Source: Elusimicrobia bacterium RIFOXYA12_FULL_57_11
Lineage (GTDB): Bacteria > Elusimicrobiota > Elusimicrobia > Elusimicrobiales > UBA9959
Assembly (NCBI GenBank): GCA_001800275.1
Contig: MGVB01000096.1
Location: 1 to 38,367 of the forward strand
DNA length: 38,367 nt
Direction: 5' to 3'
Position numbers and translations under genes: made by a program. Shown here one piece after another: positions 37,704 to 38,367 of this stretch; the stretch's first letter is position 1, and every line of letters starts with the position of its first letter. The notes under the pieces were generated by a model. It saw only the letters and a list, made by a program, of their open reading frames with translations, was not told the DNA's origin and did not search any database.

Positions 37704-38367
37704 ATGACGGATATCGAAAAACTCAAGGCGGTGGCGTTGTTTCATAATCTCTCTGAAAGCATGATCTCGGAATTCGCGGGCTATTTCAAGCAGACCGCTT
37801 ACACCGCCGGCGACGTCATCTTTAAAGAGAAGACTCATGGGGACACGCTGTTTATAATAGTGGACGGCGAAGTTACCATAGAAAAAGCGCTGGATGAGGA
37901 AGGCCGCGAATTTAAAGCGCTGGCCATTCTTTCGAGCGGGGATTTTTTCGGGGAAATGGCGGTGCTTGAAGGGCAGATGCGTTTCGCGCAGGCCCGCGCT
38001 ACCCGCGATTGCGCGCTTTATGAAATAGCCAGGGCGCAGTTGTTCGCCTTTATAAAGGACCAGCCCGACACCGGCATAAGCATCTTCAGCGAAATAATGA
38101 AGACGCTGCTCAAGCGCCTGCAGCATACTTCCAACGAGCTTACCATGCTTTTCGACCTGAGCCGCCAGCTCATCACCCAGCACAGGTCACCCGCGGAATT
38201 CCTTGCGGCGGTGATGGACGAGATGCGGCCGTATCTGGAAGGCTCCTGGAACATTACGGCCTATTCTTACAATATGTTTAACGAAGAATACGAGCGGGTT
38301 TACGCGCGGGATAATTTCCCGCAGGATGAGCCCGCCCGCCGCCCGCCGGCCAGCCCGGCCAACGGCT
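37704..38367 (+). CDS. Cyclic-nucleotide-binding-domain protein with an unrecognised C-terminal region; the 3' end runs off the window
   Basis: It is not in the ORF track because it has no stop in the window. ATG 37704 is preceded by AAAGGGGA. The cNMP-binding beta-barrel signature is FKEKTHGDTLFIIVDGEV...LSSGDFFGEMAVLEG..RFAQARAT. The overlapping 540-aa minus ORF (36561..38183) is antisense noise. Confidence 0.85.
   Translation, partial: MTDIEKLKAVALFHNLSESMISEFAGYFKQTAYTAGDVIFKEKTHGDTLFIIVDGEVTIEKALDEEGREFKALAILSSGDFFGEMAVLEGQMRFAQARATRDCALYEIARAQLFAFIKDQPDTGISIFSEIMKTLLKRLQHTSNELTMLFDLSRQLITQHRSPAEFLAAVMDEMRPYLEGSWNITAYSYNMFNEEYERVYARDNFPQDEPARRPPASPANG

Overview
This window is the chromosomal replication-origin neighbourhood of a bacterium with roughly 60% GC; the taxon cannot be assigned from the window alone. 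I support 34 CDS, 1 tRNA, several intrinsic terminators, one near-consensus sigma70 promoter and a candidate oriC. The core is the canonical block dnaA-dnaN-DUF721(DciA-like)-gyrB-gyrA on the minus strand. Two perfect tandem DnaA boxes and an AT-rich tract lie upstream of dnaA. Around this block are mostly housekeeping genes. They include nifU-nifS, ettA, proC, add, marC, a histidine kinase/response regulator pair, pilT, a nadD-yqeK fusion and a tldD/pmbA pair. Accessory-looking genes are a secreted GH13 alpha-amylase, a ChaN-family protein, a papain-like C1 protease, a MORN-variant repeat protein and two FGE-sulfatase (C-type-lectin fold) proteins. The ORF track misses three real features. 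They are a 696-codon minus-strand gene running off the left edge (1..2089), a cNMP-binding gene running off the right edge (37704..38367) and the tRNA. Most long ORFs antisense to real genes are codon-register artefacts. I see no CRISPR array, IS element, integrase, reverse transcriptase or recognisable defence, toxin or RiPP core enzyme, so I cannot name a clear-cut novel system. The best candidates for follow-up are five. (1) A translationally coupled pair of divergent tetrapyrrole-methylase-fold paralogs next to an MFS transporter. (2) A 133-nt GC-rich nested palindromic element inside an unusually long nifU-nifS spacer. (3) A polytopic membrane domain fused to an FGE/C-lectin domain. (4) An Rrf2 / 4Fe-4S / Zn-ribbon-FGE / ChaN gene string. 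(5) A marked GC trough and codon-usage shift confined to dnaN-dnaA-oriC. All functional calls come from motif recognition by eye; no database search was run.
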